A DNA stretch of 64,000 nt from Octopus vulgaris (taxonomy: Eukaryota), in assembly GCA_951406725.2 (NCBI GenBank), contig OX597832.1, positions 5,208,001 through 5,272,000 on the forward strand, in the 5' to 3' direction. Position numbers and translations under genes: made by a program. Below are positions 1 to 13,454 of this stretch, in pieces. Each line of letters starts with the position of its first letter. Within the stretch, counting starts at the first letter, position 1. The notes below the pieces were generated by a model. That model made no database searches. It saw only the letters and a list, made by a program, of their open reading frames with translations, and was not told where the DNA came from.

Positions 1-6
1 AGAAGT

Positions 7-575
7 ACTTACTTGTACTTGTGACAGCGTTCACCCAAGGCAGGTTGAGCCGGCTTCTAAGGTCCTGACGGTATCATGATCCATGGCGGCCCACGCTCGA
101 CAGTCCTGTGCGAGGTCACTGGAGATAGCAAGCCATCTGCGCAGACCAACCACTTGCGGACCTGAGACTTCAGAGAGTTCCTCCTTTATCGTCGTTGCCC
201 AGGTTTTCAACTGCCCGCCTGTGCGTTTGCACCAGTTGGGAAGTGGAGGTGGAAGGAGGACATCGTGAATCAGCTCACCCTCTGGACGCCGGGCCGCATG
301 ACCGAATCACCTTAAGTGCTGTTGTAGAAGCACTGAAGGGAGGGGCTGGAGATTCAGGTGACGATGAAGACCGGCTGTAGGAACCTGATCAATGCGGCGG
401 AGACAGTCATTGTCGAACACCTCCAGCCTTCGCTGATCGACTACCCTCATAGGCCATGTTTCACAACCATAGAGGAGGATAGTACGAATGACGGCCTGGT
501 AGATTTGCCCTTTGGTCACCGAGGAGATCTCTCCTGGAGGCGCACGAATGCAGATCTGGCAGCACCTATGTGATG
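7..575 (-). mobile_element. RTE-clade LINE 3' fragment
   Basis: Translation KGQIYQAVIRTILLYGCETWPMRVVDQRRLEVFDNDCLRRI; (AAGT)-like tail near position 7; related 3' piece at about 28150-28290. Confidence 0.8.
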
Positions 576-1760
576 CTCAACCTCGGCTGCATCCTGACCC
601 ATTGGAACCAACATAAGAAGTGACTAAAAGGCATAAGGGATGGTGACTGGAAGGGCATGGAGCCATAATACGTTGCATCAGAAAACCTGTTAAGCATGGA
701 AAAGCAGATTTATGATGATGAATATTTAGTGTATATAAGGGGTTATAATCCAAGCCATAAACAAACACATAAAGATGTATACATCATGGTCATCATCACC
801 ATCATTTAACGTCTGCTCTCCATGCTGGCATGGGTTAGATGGTTTGATTGGAGCTGATGAGCTGCACCAAGTTCCAGTCTGATCTGGCACGGTTTCTACA
901 GCTGGATGCTCTTCCTAATGCCAAATGCCTTTCTTGATGTTATTTTTAACGTGTTCTTGTACATTTGAACGTAAAAGGCATTTGAAGCAGGAGTTTGGCT
1001 GTAAAAGCACATCAGGCAGAACACCAAGTGATGCCACTGGACTACCAAATCATAGAACAAACATATTCTCATGTGTACTACGCACACACACACACACGTG
1101 TGTATGATGGGCTTTGTACAGTTTTCATCTCCCAAATTCATTCACAAGGCACTTGCCCAAGGTACCACACATCTGAACTGAAACCAGAGCCATGTGGTAG
1201 TGAAGCAAACTTCTTAACTACACTGCTATACCTACTCCTGTATGTATGTGTGTGTGATTCATCAATGTATATTGACAAAGGGTTATAAATACTGATGAGA
1301 GACCAAAAAAAAAAAAAAAATGGAAGTGGTGACACTCTCTTGACCCTCTTGCTTTTAGAAATGCACTGAACCAATAATTAACTTGCTGGAATTCTGTAAC
1401 TAATGATATTATTGTCCAGAAATTGTGGTGTAAAACATATAAATATATAATCACATTCTCGTCTTATCTGTACAGTCTGTCTGAATGAAATTCACATTGC
1501 TATCTGATATGTCATGTATCATCATCATCATCATCCACAATAACATTTCAATGTTCACATTTCCCTGTTTGCATGGGTCAAACAAAATTTATAGAGGTGG
1601 GTTTTCTATAGCTGGATGCCCTGCCAGTTACTAACCTTTACTTGTTTCCAAGCAAGGTAATATTTCCCTATAGCCAGACATATTTTCACACAATAATTGA
1701 AATGAATAATATTCATTTATAACAATGACACAATATCTAGACAAAGGGACACAAACATAC

Positions 1761-2370
1761 ACAGGTGAACAGAAAAGTTCATAAGCTGACTAGGAAGGAG
1801 TGATGCTACATTAGTGAAATCTTGCATGCATTAATTTCAATTAATTTCAACTCTTCTTATTAATAATTGCATTGTTTCTTTCCATGTAAACTCACATCTG
1901 ACTGTTCAAAGAACACTTAAAAAGTAACTAGTTGTGACTTCACTTGAAAATGGACAAAATTTGGCATCAGTGGTTATTTAAGTAACTGCACAAAAATTGG
2001 TTTAGTCCCCGATGGACATAGTTGCTACATCAGAGGGTGATGCTCCAGCTCTATTAACAATGCAAAAGTGGGTCACTGAATTTAGGAGGAGAAGGAAGAG
2101 TCTTGAAGATGACCTTAGGTCTGGACATTCTGCAACTGCCACCACCAAGGAAAACATTGATCATGTTCACCACATGGTGATGGATGACAGGTGACTGACA
2201 ATAAATCAAATAGCCAATGCTATTAGTGGATTCTGTGAGAGAGTTGAGAATATTCTACACAAGGAACTATACAAGATGAAGGTCTCAGCTTGGTGGGTGC
2301 CACATCTTCTGACACCTGATTAAAAGCGCACCAAGCTGATTGCATCACAGGAAAATCTGATATTGTTTCA
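1761..2370 (+). mobile_element. mariner transposon 5' remnant
   Basis: Decayed transposase QKWVTEFRRRRKSLEDDLRSG...KVSAWWVPHLLTP, containing the WVPHxL motif. Confidence 0.8.
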
Positions 2371-3439
2371 AGCAAGAAAAAGATAAAAGATACTCCTAAT
2401 AAAACCAGAAAACACTTTGTTCCTAGCATTTCATATCAAATTAGACTTGATGAAAGCAATCTATTAAAGCTTTGCTTAAAATAGGTGACTTGAATATTTG
2501 GGGGGAAATTTCTTGCTCGTAGGTAGCTATCTTTGATGGATCTAAGATAAGAACCTAAATAAAGTATAACATAGTTATGAATTTACTTCAGTGATTTAAC
2601 TACAGTGTGTATTGTCAGGACAGCCTTTGAGTTCACCACATCCCTCACCCTTGAGCCCCCAAGCCTATACAACATACCCAAAAGTGCCAACTCCACAAAA
2701 AGAATTGCCTAGGGTGGACCACCCCTTCCCAACCCTTCAGTTATGCTAATGATTTACTAGTGAAAAGTGCCTGGGTAGCATTCATAGAAGTTGTGGAAAA
2801 TTTTTTGAACAATGGCAAATTTGAGAGTATTGAGACCTGGTGAATAAGTTACTCTTTCTCTTCCAGAAACTAGAATGTAATATGAATATGAAAAAGGAAA
2901 CAGGACAGTTAATCTATGGTAAAAAAATACCAGGGTTGGTGGAATATAAATATGATGGTAGACTATTGTTGGGGCCTTATAAGGGGACAAAACAGAAGTA
3001 ATCAGGTTCAGCAATCCAAGAACAGAAACCTGTTTTCTCAAAGAGTTAACTTGCTGGACTAATTTTGATTTTGTTTCTCTACAACAGGTACGAATTTGTT
3101 AATTGGGTGATGCACTTCCTCCTATAATATAGCACTTTTTGCTATTATGTGTGTGATTTCAGTGATAATAATACTGTCTCTTGGTGGCTAGATAGTGCAT
3201 GAGTAACTACAACTTTGTAATAAATATGCCAATTCTTAATAAATTTTCACAAAAAATATCTAATCTTTATGAATATAAATCTAATGTAGAACCTAAATGT
3301 AGGTGAAATGGGTTAGATAAACCAGTTAAAATGATTACACTAAATTTTTTATATACTTTGGAGCTAAAATTTGAAAACACCATCAACAGCACTAGGTTCC
3401 ATAGTCTGTTTTGGTTTGGTTTTTATGTGAATGAATACT

Positions 3440-3660
3440 GTTCACATCCTCAAATCTGGGTCAGTTTGTCTTCCTGACATGTTCTCTCAATCTCACTCAT
3501 CAAATCCATCTGTGGCCTCAATGCCCACCTCTAGGCAACCTCAGAACTGGCCACAGGCCTTCGTCACTATCTCCCATTTTAGGCCCCTGAAGGCCCTGAT
3601 GATCCTAGCTCTCAGTTCGTCCTTTGTGTTGCAGCTGGATTTGTTGTGTAAAAGTAGGAA
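3440..3660 (-). mobile_element. Tc1/mariner-superfamily transposase C-terminal remnant
   Basis: NTKDELRARIIRAF...IVTKACGQF*GCLEVGIEATDGFDE; second copy at about 10910-11015. Confidence 0.6.
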
Positions 3661-5377
3661 CTTTAAAAGAAATATCACTAAAACTTGTTTTTAGACATTG
3701 AATAGCTATGGGGTTTCACAATAATAAAATAGAAATCAAGAAGTTTGCTTCCCAACCCCATAGTTCAAGGTTCAGTCCTGCTGTATGGCACCTTGGGCAA
3801 TTGTCTTCAGCTATAGCCTCAGGCCTTGTGAGTAAATTTGGTAGACAGAAGCTGAAAGAAGCCCATCATATATATGTATACATATGTATGTGTGTCTTTG
3901 TGTCTGTGTTTACCCCTTCCCCACCACTAGACAACTGGTGTGGTGCGCTTACATCCCCATAACTTAGCAGTTTGGCAAAACAGACTGATAGAATAAGTAC
4001 CAGGCTTTAAAAGAAATAAGTGCTGGGGTTGGTACATTTGACTAAAAATTCTTCAGGGCAGTGCCCCACCATGTCTGCAGTTTAATGACTTAAACAAGTA
4101 AAAGGAAAAAGGGGTCCATACATAAAAAACAAAAAAAAAGAAATGGTTGAGAAACAGGGTCTTAGGGTTACCATCCATAGAGCAGCAGACAAAATATCTT
4201 GTGGTAAGTAGACTTTATCTTTTATATTTTGAATGGAAATCCTGCTCAGGTTGATTTTGTCCTTTACCCTTCCAGGAAACATTAAAATAAGTACCAGTAA
4301 TTTACCCATGTTGATATAATTGACTCTTCCCTCTCTGAAAATTTGTAGACTTTTTAGCTATTATGTTTTATCTTTTACTTGTTTCAGTCATTTGACTGTG
4401 GCCACACTGGAGCACCACCTTTAAGAGTTTTAGTTGAACAAATCAGCCCCAGGACTTATTTTTTAAAGCCTAGTACTTATTCTATAAATCTCTTTTGCCA
4501 AATTAAGTTATGGGGCCATAACCACACTAACACTGGTTGTCAAGCAGTGGTAGGGGACAAATATGGACACAAAGATATACACATGCGCGCGCACACACGT
4601 GCACACACACACAACAGGCTTCTTTCAGTTCCCATCCACCAAATCCATTCACAAAGCTTTGGTCAGCTCGAGGCTATAGTTGAAGACACATGCTCAAAGT
4701 GTTACACAGTGGGGCTGAACCTGGAACCATGTGGTTGGGAAGCAAAAGTCTTAGACAAGAATTGAACCAAGCCAGACGGATACTTTTGATACTCAGAATC
4801 AAGAGAATTAGCTGAGCCACTTTATCTGTTTTAAAGAGAAAGAGATTGTCATGGGATTTAGTATAGATGTAAACTTTGAGACTAACCAATATGGTGGCTA
4901 ATGACTCAGGTATTTGAAATACTTTTCGGAATTTTGTTGCTGTATTTGGGACACTTGTTGAGATCAAAATACCACTTCGTTAATTATTTTACTTATGAGA
5001 GAAATGCAAGTATTACTAACAGAAATGTGAAATTGGATCTTTAATCCTTCCTCTGAGAGGAAGTATATGTTTTCAAAGTATTAGATTCACAACTTAATAA
5101 AGAAAATATAGATTAAGACGTAAAAATCTTTGATATAATAAAACGCAATACATGTTTTGTCAATCAGAAGAGTAAAACAACAAATGGGCCTTGAGTGAGT
5201 GAAAGTCAGAGATGCTAAATGCAGATGAACTGTAATAAAAAGGTTTTGTTCTGAAAAATCTGGTATTCTATTCAAAACAGACTGCAAAGTTTTGGTTTAT
5301 CTGTTTCAAATACACATATATAAGTATATAAATGAAATTAAATATCCAACCCTTGTTTTGAATATATTGTTCACATA

Positions 5378-6822
5378 TCATCATCATCGTTTAACGTCCG
5401 CTTTCCACGCTGGCATGGGTTGGAAGATTTGACTGAGGTCTGGTGAACCAGATGGCTGCATCAGACTCCAATCTGATCTGGCAGAGTTACTACAGCTGGA
5501 TGCCCTTCCTAACGCCAACCACTCTGAGAGTGTAGTGAGTGCTTTTACGTGCCACCAGCATGAAGGCCAGTCAGGCAGTACTGGCAATAGCCATGCTCAA
5601 ATGGTGCTTTTTATGTGCCACCTGCACAGGAGCCAGTCCAGCGGCACTGGCAACGACCTCGCTTGAATGTTTTTTCACATGCCACCAGCACAAGTACCAG
5701 TAAGGCGACGCAGGTAACAATCATACTTGAATGGTGCTTTTTACGTGCCACTAGCACAGAGGCTAGTTTGTTGCTCTGGCAACAATCATACTTGTATGGT
5801 ACTCTTAGCGCTCCACTTGCATGGATGCCAGTCATCAAATTGATTTTGATTTCACTTGCATCAACAGGTCTTCGCAAGCAGAGTTTAGTGCCCAATGAAG
5901 GAAAGGTACACATAAGTGGGCTGGTTACACCCTTGGCATAGGCCATGAGGTTATGGTCTCACTTGGGCTTGCCGAGTCTTCTCAAGCACAGCATATTTCC
6001 AGAGGTCCCAGTCACTAGTCATTGCCTTGGTGAGGCCCAATGTTCGAAGGTCATGCTTCACCACCTCATTCCAGGTCTTCCTGGGTCTACCTCTTCCACA
6101 GGTTTCCTCAACCACTAGGGTGTGGCACTTTTTCACACAGCTGTCCTCATCCATTCTCGCCACATGACCATACCAGCACAGTCGTCTCTCTTGCACACCA
6201 CATCTGATACTTCTTAGGTCCAACTTTTCCCTCATGATACTTACACTGTCGAGTATGTACACTGACATTACACATCCACTGGAGCATACTGGCTTCATTC
6301 CTTGTGAGCCTATGCATGTCCTCAGCAGTCACAGCCCATGTTTCACTGCCATGTAGCATGGCTGTTCATATACATACGTCATACAGTCTACCTTTTACTC
6401 TGAGCGAGAGGCCTTTTGTCACCAGCAGAGGCAAGAGCTCTCTGAACTTTGCCCAGGCTATTCTTACTCTAGCAGTTACAATTTCAGCACACCCACTCCC
6501 ACTACTGACTTGGTCACCTAGGTAATAGAAGCTGTCAACTACTTCTAGTTTTTCTCCCTGGAATGTGGTGGAAGTTGCTCTCTGCATATTTTCAGTGTTT
6601 ATTGCTCCTGAACATCTGCCACATACAAAAACTATCGTCCCAGTTAGCCTTCCTTTGATATTGCTGCACCTCTTATGTGTCCATAGCTTACACTGGGTAT
6701 ATCTTATAGAGTTTCTACCTATCCTTTTCTACAGATCGAGCAGAGTCATCTACCTGAAATGATTTATGGTTTGTCTGCCTTCCTACTTATTGGGACTTTG
6801 GTTTTAGCTAGGTTGACTCTAG
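5378..6822 (-). mobile_element. 5'-truncated RTE LINE with structured 3' UTR and (GAT)n tail
   Basis: Frameshifted ORF pieces KLEVVDSFYYLGD, MLHGSETW and GRGRPRKTW; same family as 20351-22529. Confidence 0.9.
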
Positions 6823-7202
6823 TTCTGATAGTGACTCAGCAATTAGAGCAAGGCCATCAGCAAGTGAACCATCATCCCTGCAGTCATATTTCTCTCTTAC
6901 CACATCACGATTCTCTCTCACACACTGTCTTGCAACACAAAATACCTCAAGTCTTTGGTCCTCAAGGCACAGAACCATGGCAAATTTTTTCTTATCTGCT
7001 TCCTCTCTGGCTAAATCTTTCTTTCTGGCAGTCTGATATAATCCCCAGCTACCACCGTTCTTCCAATCCTTCCAAGCCTGTTTCTTTGCTCTAATATCCC
7101 AGTCGACAACATTGTTCCACCATCACATTATTTTGGGTTGAGAGAGGACTTTGCACCATCCACAGATCTGGTCAGTAGTCCTCAGCAGGTTGTCTTGTAG
7201 AC

Positions 7203-7215
<13 letters not shown>

Positions 7216-7233
<18 letters not shown>

Positions 7234-7618
7234 CATAGGAAGCACTCTGTCGGTTACAACAACGAGGGTTCCGGTTGATCCGATCAACGGAACAGCCTGC
7301 TCGTGAAATTAACGTGTAAGTGGCTGAGCACTCCACAGACACGTGTACCCTTAACGTAGTTCTCGGGGATATTCAGCGTGACACAGAGAGTGTCAAGGCC
7401 GGCCCTTTGAAATACAAGTACAACAGAAACAGGAAGTAAGAGTGAGAGAAAGTTGTGGTGAAAGAGTACAGCAGGGATCACCACCATCCCTGCCGGAGCC
7501 TCGTGGAGCTTTTTAGGTGTTTTCGCTCAATAAACACTCACAACGCCCGGTCTGGGAATCGAAACCGCGATCCTACGACCGCGAGTCCGCTGCCCTGACC
7601 ACTGGGCCATTGCGCCTC

Positions 7619-7620
<2 letters not shown>
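7216..7620 (-). mobile_element. young tRNA-derived SINE (family B)
   Basis: tRNA-like head GGCGCAATGGCCCAGTGG...GGTTTCGATTCCC, CpG-rich; related bodies at 27023-27348 (+), 30503-30785 (+), 43105-43440 (-). Confidence 0.8.
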
Positions 7621-7649
<29 letters not shown>

Positions 7650-7659
7650 ATACATACAT

Positions 7660-8830
7660 ACTTACATTTCCACACACAAGCATCTCCACATACAACTCTC
7701 TGATCAATGAAACCTTAGACACCATCCTCCAAAACGTTCCCCTACTAAAAACGACCCCAGAATGAATTTAATCCTCCAAATGCACACCATCATAAAGAGT
7801 AAAAGACACCGCAAATCTATGAAAAGTCTCCTAGCACAAGTCCGAATGTGCTCAATAACAACACTGAAGCCGTGAGTAAAAAAATGTGGAAGACCTAACT
7901 GCAGTATGTGCGTCAACCTAATTGAGGAATTAGAGTTCGCTTTCAAACCAGGTCAACGTTTCACAGTGAAAAGCAATTTCACATTTGCTTCGGAAAACCT
8001 GATATATGTATTAACTTGCTCTGGGTGTTGAGAGCAATACATAGGCCAAGCCAAAATCAGTGTATATCAAAGGATGGCTCTGTACAGATCCCAGATCAAA
8101 ATTCTGAAAAACAGTAAAATAGCATTCAGCGAACACATCGACATTTGTGCCAATAATAAACTACCCAGCTTCAGAATTTTTCTCTTTTATCAATTCAGGG
8201 ACGACAAACCTGTAGTCAGCGCATTAGTAAAGAGTCATTCTTTATTACAAAATATATATCCCTTTTGAATGCATCCACCACAAATGACACTATCACCAGG
8301 GCCTTAGAATAACACCCATGCAAATATTGAAAATGATATATTCAAACCAGTCATTTCACATTAATTAATTTGAACAATTCCAATCACTACTATTACAACC
8401 ACAACGGTTCACTTTTAGGTCACTTGACCATTTAAGAGGATTCCACCAACATCCTGCTACTGTCATACCACTCCCACATTTTTATTGTTCTTTCCCTTCT
8501 TCCTTCTTCTTCTTCTTTGCCACCTCTTTTCTCTACTAATACTGCTGCTTAAACAATCAAAGACAAGAATCCATATCAAACTAGTTGCTGCTAACTACCA
8601 AGAACCCACAAGATTAAAAAAGAGAGACAGAGACAGACAGAAAAATGGAAAATGTCCCTTGCATTTGAAAACTACAGAGATATTTTTAAAAAAACATTTC
8701 ATTTAATTTTTCCACAATTTAATTGCTTTTCATGCTTTACTCTCTAAGTTGAAAAAGTCGCAAAGGCTGAAACCGGTACTAAAATGTTCTTCATGATAAA
8801 ATTATTTTAGCATTTTCTACCTTGTCTTAT
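7660..8830 (+). mobile_element. Penelope-like element 3' remnant (GIY-YIG endonuclease plus decayed terminal repeat)
   Basis: KKCGRPNCSMC...NLIYVLTCSGC*EQYIGQAK...RMALYRSQI...FSEHI; degenerate hammerhead-like motif at 8747-8780. Confidence 0.8.
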
Positions 8831-8833
8831 TTT

Positions 8834-8885
<52 letters not shown>

Positions 8886-9090
8886 CACACACACTCATAC
8901 ATATTTATATATGTATGAAACTGAAAGAAGACCTCCATATATATGCATGCATATATATATAAATATATATATATACACACACGTGTGTGTGTGCGTATGT
9001 GTACACACACATGCATTATGTAGACAATATTTTCAACTGAGACATTACAACCATATCTGATTCTTCAAGTGCTTCAGTTCTGTGAATACA

Positions 9091-9316
9091 TACATGAGGT
9101 GGATGCTGAAAATTTCCTAGCTTCAAGGGTAACACGAAAGGCATGTGTGGAGGCTCAACCTTCCTCGTTGTTTTACAGAGCTTACAACTAACTGAAGGAC
9201 TGTTGCAATAAGTGTGCGAATCTGAGAAGGGAATACATTGAATAAAATCCTAATTAAACTGATCCTCCTGAATTTTCTTTTACCCACAGCCAGGAACTTT
9301 TCAGCATCCCCTTGTA
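9091..9316. mobile_element. Tc1/mariner-type MITE
   Basis: TIRs GGATGCTGAAAATTTCCTAGCT / AGCCAGGAACTTTTCAGCATCC, TA-flanked; sister copy at 42511-42712. Confidence 0.75.
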
Positions 9317-11417
9317 TATTGCTGAAACTCATCAATGGTTTCTCCCATTGTGTTGATGTGCCATTTCCTATTACCAATAAAACTGTCAGCATTTTTGACG
9401 ACACAGATATGCTAATAATTGAATAATGCAGGAAAAATTCTACTTGGATTAGTTTAAATTCAGTATAATAGAAATTATTGTAAAATTTAAGTCCTCATAT
9501 TTAATGTAGGTATAAATGAATGTATAGACTTGAATAAATGTAGGTATATATAAATGTATAAACATAAGTAAATTTTGTAAATGTTTTTAAATTTTAAATC
9601 CCCTGTAGATAATTTGTGAACAGGATTCTATTTATTTTCTTCCATGAATAATTTGTTAGAATTCATCAGAGAAATAACAACAAACTGAGGGGAGCACATA
9701 TAATTTCATTTATTTTGAATTATTGTTAACTAAAGTGGCAAGCTGGCAGAATTGTTAGTACATCAGACAAAGTGCTTAATGGCATTTGTTTCAGATTTAC
9801 ATTCTGAGTTCAAATACTGCCAAGGTAGACTTTGCCTTTCAGTTTTTTGGTAAAATAAAGTAGCAATTGAGTGCTAGAATGGATGTAATTGACTGGTTTC
9901 CCTCCCGCCAAAATTCAGGCCTTGTTTCTACAGTAGAAACTATTATTATTTACTGAACAGGCAGTATCATTAAAGCATCAGACAAAATTGCTTTATGGCA
10001 TTCATTTTAGCTCTTCACATTTTGAGTTCAATTCCAACTCAGATTAGCTTTGTCTTTCATTCTCTCAGGTCCATAAAATAAAGTACCTGTCAAGTATGGG
10101 GGTTGATGATATCAACTATTACCCCACCCAAAAATCTGCTGGCCTTGTGACTAAATAAGAAAACATTATTATTTATGGAGTATATTCTTTGTTATTTTAC
10201 TGCCAATAACTGTTATAAACCTAAATAATTTAGTTATAGCTGTTATTTACAGCAAAACAACAAAGATTACGCTCTGCAAACAATAATAAAACTTGGCTTG
10301 TGTGAAATGATATACACTCCAGTAAGTCTAGAAAAACCTATAAAAGAATTCCCACACTCTCAGTAACAATCTCACTAGAAATAAAATATTTTAATGTCAT
10401 AGGGAGAGGTTTCTAAATAAAAACAAGAATAGAATGAAAAAAATGTTCTCCTCCCTAGCTTGTGTCAACAGAGAGGTCCACAATAGAATGGGACATGAAA
10501 AAAATGAATGAATGAAAGACATTTTTAGATAAGAATAACAGTCAGCTAATCAAATCATACTGATAACAACACTGAGCTGCATTTGGTAAAAAAGGAACTT
10601 TTTTTTTACATGAAAGGTATCTATCTTTTCTACCTTTTGGGAGCTGATTTCAGTTATGCTTTAAGAACTTTCATATCATGTCAATTTACCCACCACAACA
10701 GAATTGAGATCCCCAAACCAAGATGTCACATAAAAAGCATTTGTGTGGTAGCTGGTGCCATATAAAAAGCACTGGTTATGGTACCACATTAAAAACACCC
10801 AGTAAACTCTGTGGAGTGGTTGGCATTAGGAAAGGCATCCAACCATAAAAACCATCCACATTGACTATCTCAGGAAAAACTAAAACAATGTTTTTAGTTT
10901 TTGAGATTTATTCATCAAATTTGGGTCAGTTTGTTTTCATGACAAATCCACATTTGATCTCAATGACAGCCTCCAGGGGTGACCTCAGAACTGGCCACAG
11001 GCCTTCGTCACTATCATCCACTCATCTTAGCATGTATTTATTGATACAGAAGAGTAACTACATGAATGTTGAGCTATTCTATGAAGAAAAAAAAAAAAAA
11101 AGAAGCTTAATTGTAAACTTATACACACTAGGAAGAAGCTATAACAGTGTGATAAGAACCTCTCAACACTATATTTTACATGATTACTAATATATATATA
11201 TAGGTGAAATAACTTCCCATTGTGATACTTTTAATAACAATCTTCCAGAATTTTCTTCACGTATTTTCCATTTAATTTGTTTCCAAAGATAAGAAAATGT
11301 AATATTGATTTATTTTGACGCCCTCTCTATATATATCAATGTTTGCTTTTACATTCAGTTATCAAAAAACAATTTTACATAAATCTGATTGATTACTCTA
11401 TACTGTTGTAGAGTAAA

Positions 11418-11567
11418 TATTCATCATTCTTAAACAAGAACATTGTTGAGAGTGACTTCGAAGTTTTGGCTAGCTAAGCCATTGTTGGATTGCAGTCTGA
11501 CACTGGCTTAGCTGGCCAACACTTTGAAGTCACTGTCAACACCATTCTTTTTAAGAATAAATAAATA
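11418..11567. repeat. about 150-bp imperfect palindrome (fold-back or MITE-like)
   Basis: Arms pair around the centre 11492/11493 for about 70 bp. Confidence 0.85.
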
Positions 11568-12067
11568 TATATATATATATATATATACATATGTAAACAC
11601 ACATGTGCACACGCACACACACACACACACACACACACTACCACAAAGATAATTTATCTAATGAATAGGAGTGAAAATAGTCATTTTGGGCTTGAGTTGA
11701 CTAGTAAATTCATAGGTTGTCCAATAAAATTAGTTACTTGTTTGATAAAATGTTTCCTTAATAGAATAATTAAAATCTTGTTTTATAGCATAGACACACA
11801 ATTAAGTAAATAAATACCTCAGAGGTAATAAAATTAGCTACTTACTTGATAAAATGCCTTCCCAAGTGATTAAACAAAGCTCGTTGTTTTATAGTTTTCC
11901 GTTGAAAATACTCAGTGTCAGCATCAAGATCACCAAGGGAACAGGCTGAAACAAAACAAAGCCAATGAAATGGATCGAATAGTGGAGTGCAGAATTCAAG
12001 TTCTTATGGAAATATATTTGGGTCTTAATAAGGTTAATGTTAGAACTGAAAGCAATAAAGAGTAAAA

Positions 12068-12340
12068 TTAACTCTTTATCATTTCAACAGGCCATATCCG
12101 ACCCAAATATTCTACTTGTTTTATGTTCAAACTGGCCATATCCAGCCCAAACATACTACTTGTTTTATGTGTAAACTGGCCAGATCTGGCTTCTCACATC
12201 TAGCCTACAATGTCATTCAAAGAATAGAGCAATCACTTCATTGAAGTCTCAAAGATATGAGATAATGGATGATTAATTCAAAACAATGTGAATAAATAAG
12301 GATTACATTTGACAGATTAATTTGAATGTTAAAGGGTTAA
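12068..12340. mobile_element. TTAA-flanked piggyBac-type MITE
   Basis: TTAA-CTCTTTA...TAAAGGG-TTAA; copies at 13066-13281, 25183-25407 and nested copies at about 32470-32925. Confidence 0.7.
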
Positions 12341-13388
12341 ACCTTTTACAGTGGAGAGTGCTTATCTGTGGAAAGTGGTTTTATATACCAATCTATCTTT
12401 TGTCGTGAATGTCTTGCTTGAAGCTGTTTTCTGTTGAGACATGTTGAGTTTATTGAAGCAACCTGACTCATGGAAAATACCAGTTCTACTTTGGATAGAC
12501 ATTTAATATCCTTACTGGAATAACTATTAAATTTAATTTCACAGTGAAAGGGTTAATCAGTTAAAAAAGTGGTCTTACACTATTGCCTAAGAGTAAAACT
12601 GATTTGTCAGTCTTTTCAAAGAGGAATCAATATACAAAGTAAAATTTTCTTATATAATCAGAGTAGTCATACTGAGACCACAAAGTGCATATATATGATG
12701 TATTAACACATTAACTGCCACAACCTATTACTGGAACTTAAAGATGATGCCATGTAATTCTAGTCACACAGCATATCATTTAATTACAATGAAATGTAAT
12801 TTATTTTGTATTTTTACAATATTTCATAAGTAAACTTTAATATTTAGCACTCATGTTATTTAAATATCCTTGAAACCATGTCAAAAATACAGAATAAAAT
12901 ATTTTCTCAAATTATGAAAACTAGTTCCTTGGTAATATTTTCACATTTGATTCCCAATTGTAATAATTTTCATATTTCACGTCAAATTATTTATTTGTAT
13001 AATAGTGCTCACTTGCTTAGTAAATATTGCTTTCATTATTTTATCAAAGTCATAATCTCTCTTTTTTAACCCTTTAGTATTCAGATTACTCAGTTAAATG
13101 TAATATTTTTACTCAAATTGTTTTGAATTAATCAAGCATTATCTTATAGCTTTGGGGTTTCAATGATGTGATTGTTTATTTTTAGAATGTCAATGTAGGT
13201 TAGGTGTGAGAGGTTAGATATCGCCAGTTTGAATATAAAACATATAGAATATTTGGGCCGGATTAAACACTAAAGGGTTAAACAAACATCATGGTAGTCC
13301 AACAACAGAGGGAGAAGCAGTTTGTCAAGTTTTACCTTTCCCTCAAAGCAACATAGAGATTTCAATTCAGCAGCCCATCTGTAAGCTT

Positions 13389-13454
<66 letters not shown>

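Noticed and set aside
7545-7620. tRNA-like sequences with A and B boxes
   Set aside because: They are SINE heads joined to repeat bodies, not tRNA genes.
12342-12505. Coding-looking minus-strand stretch (MSIQSRTG...)
   Set aside because: Frames close before a convincing donor and there is no SHANK similarity.
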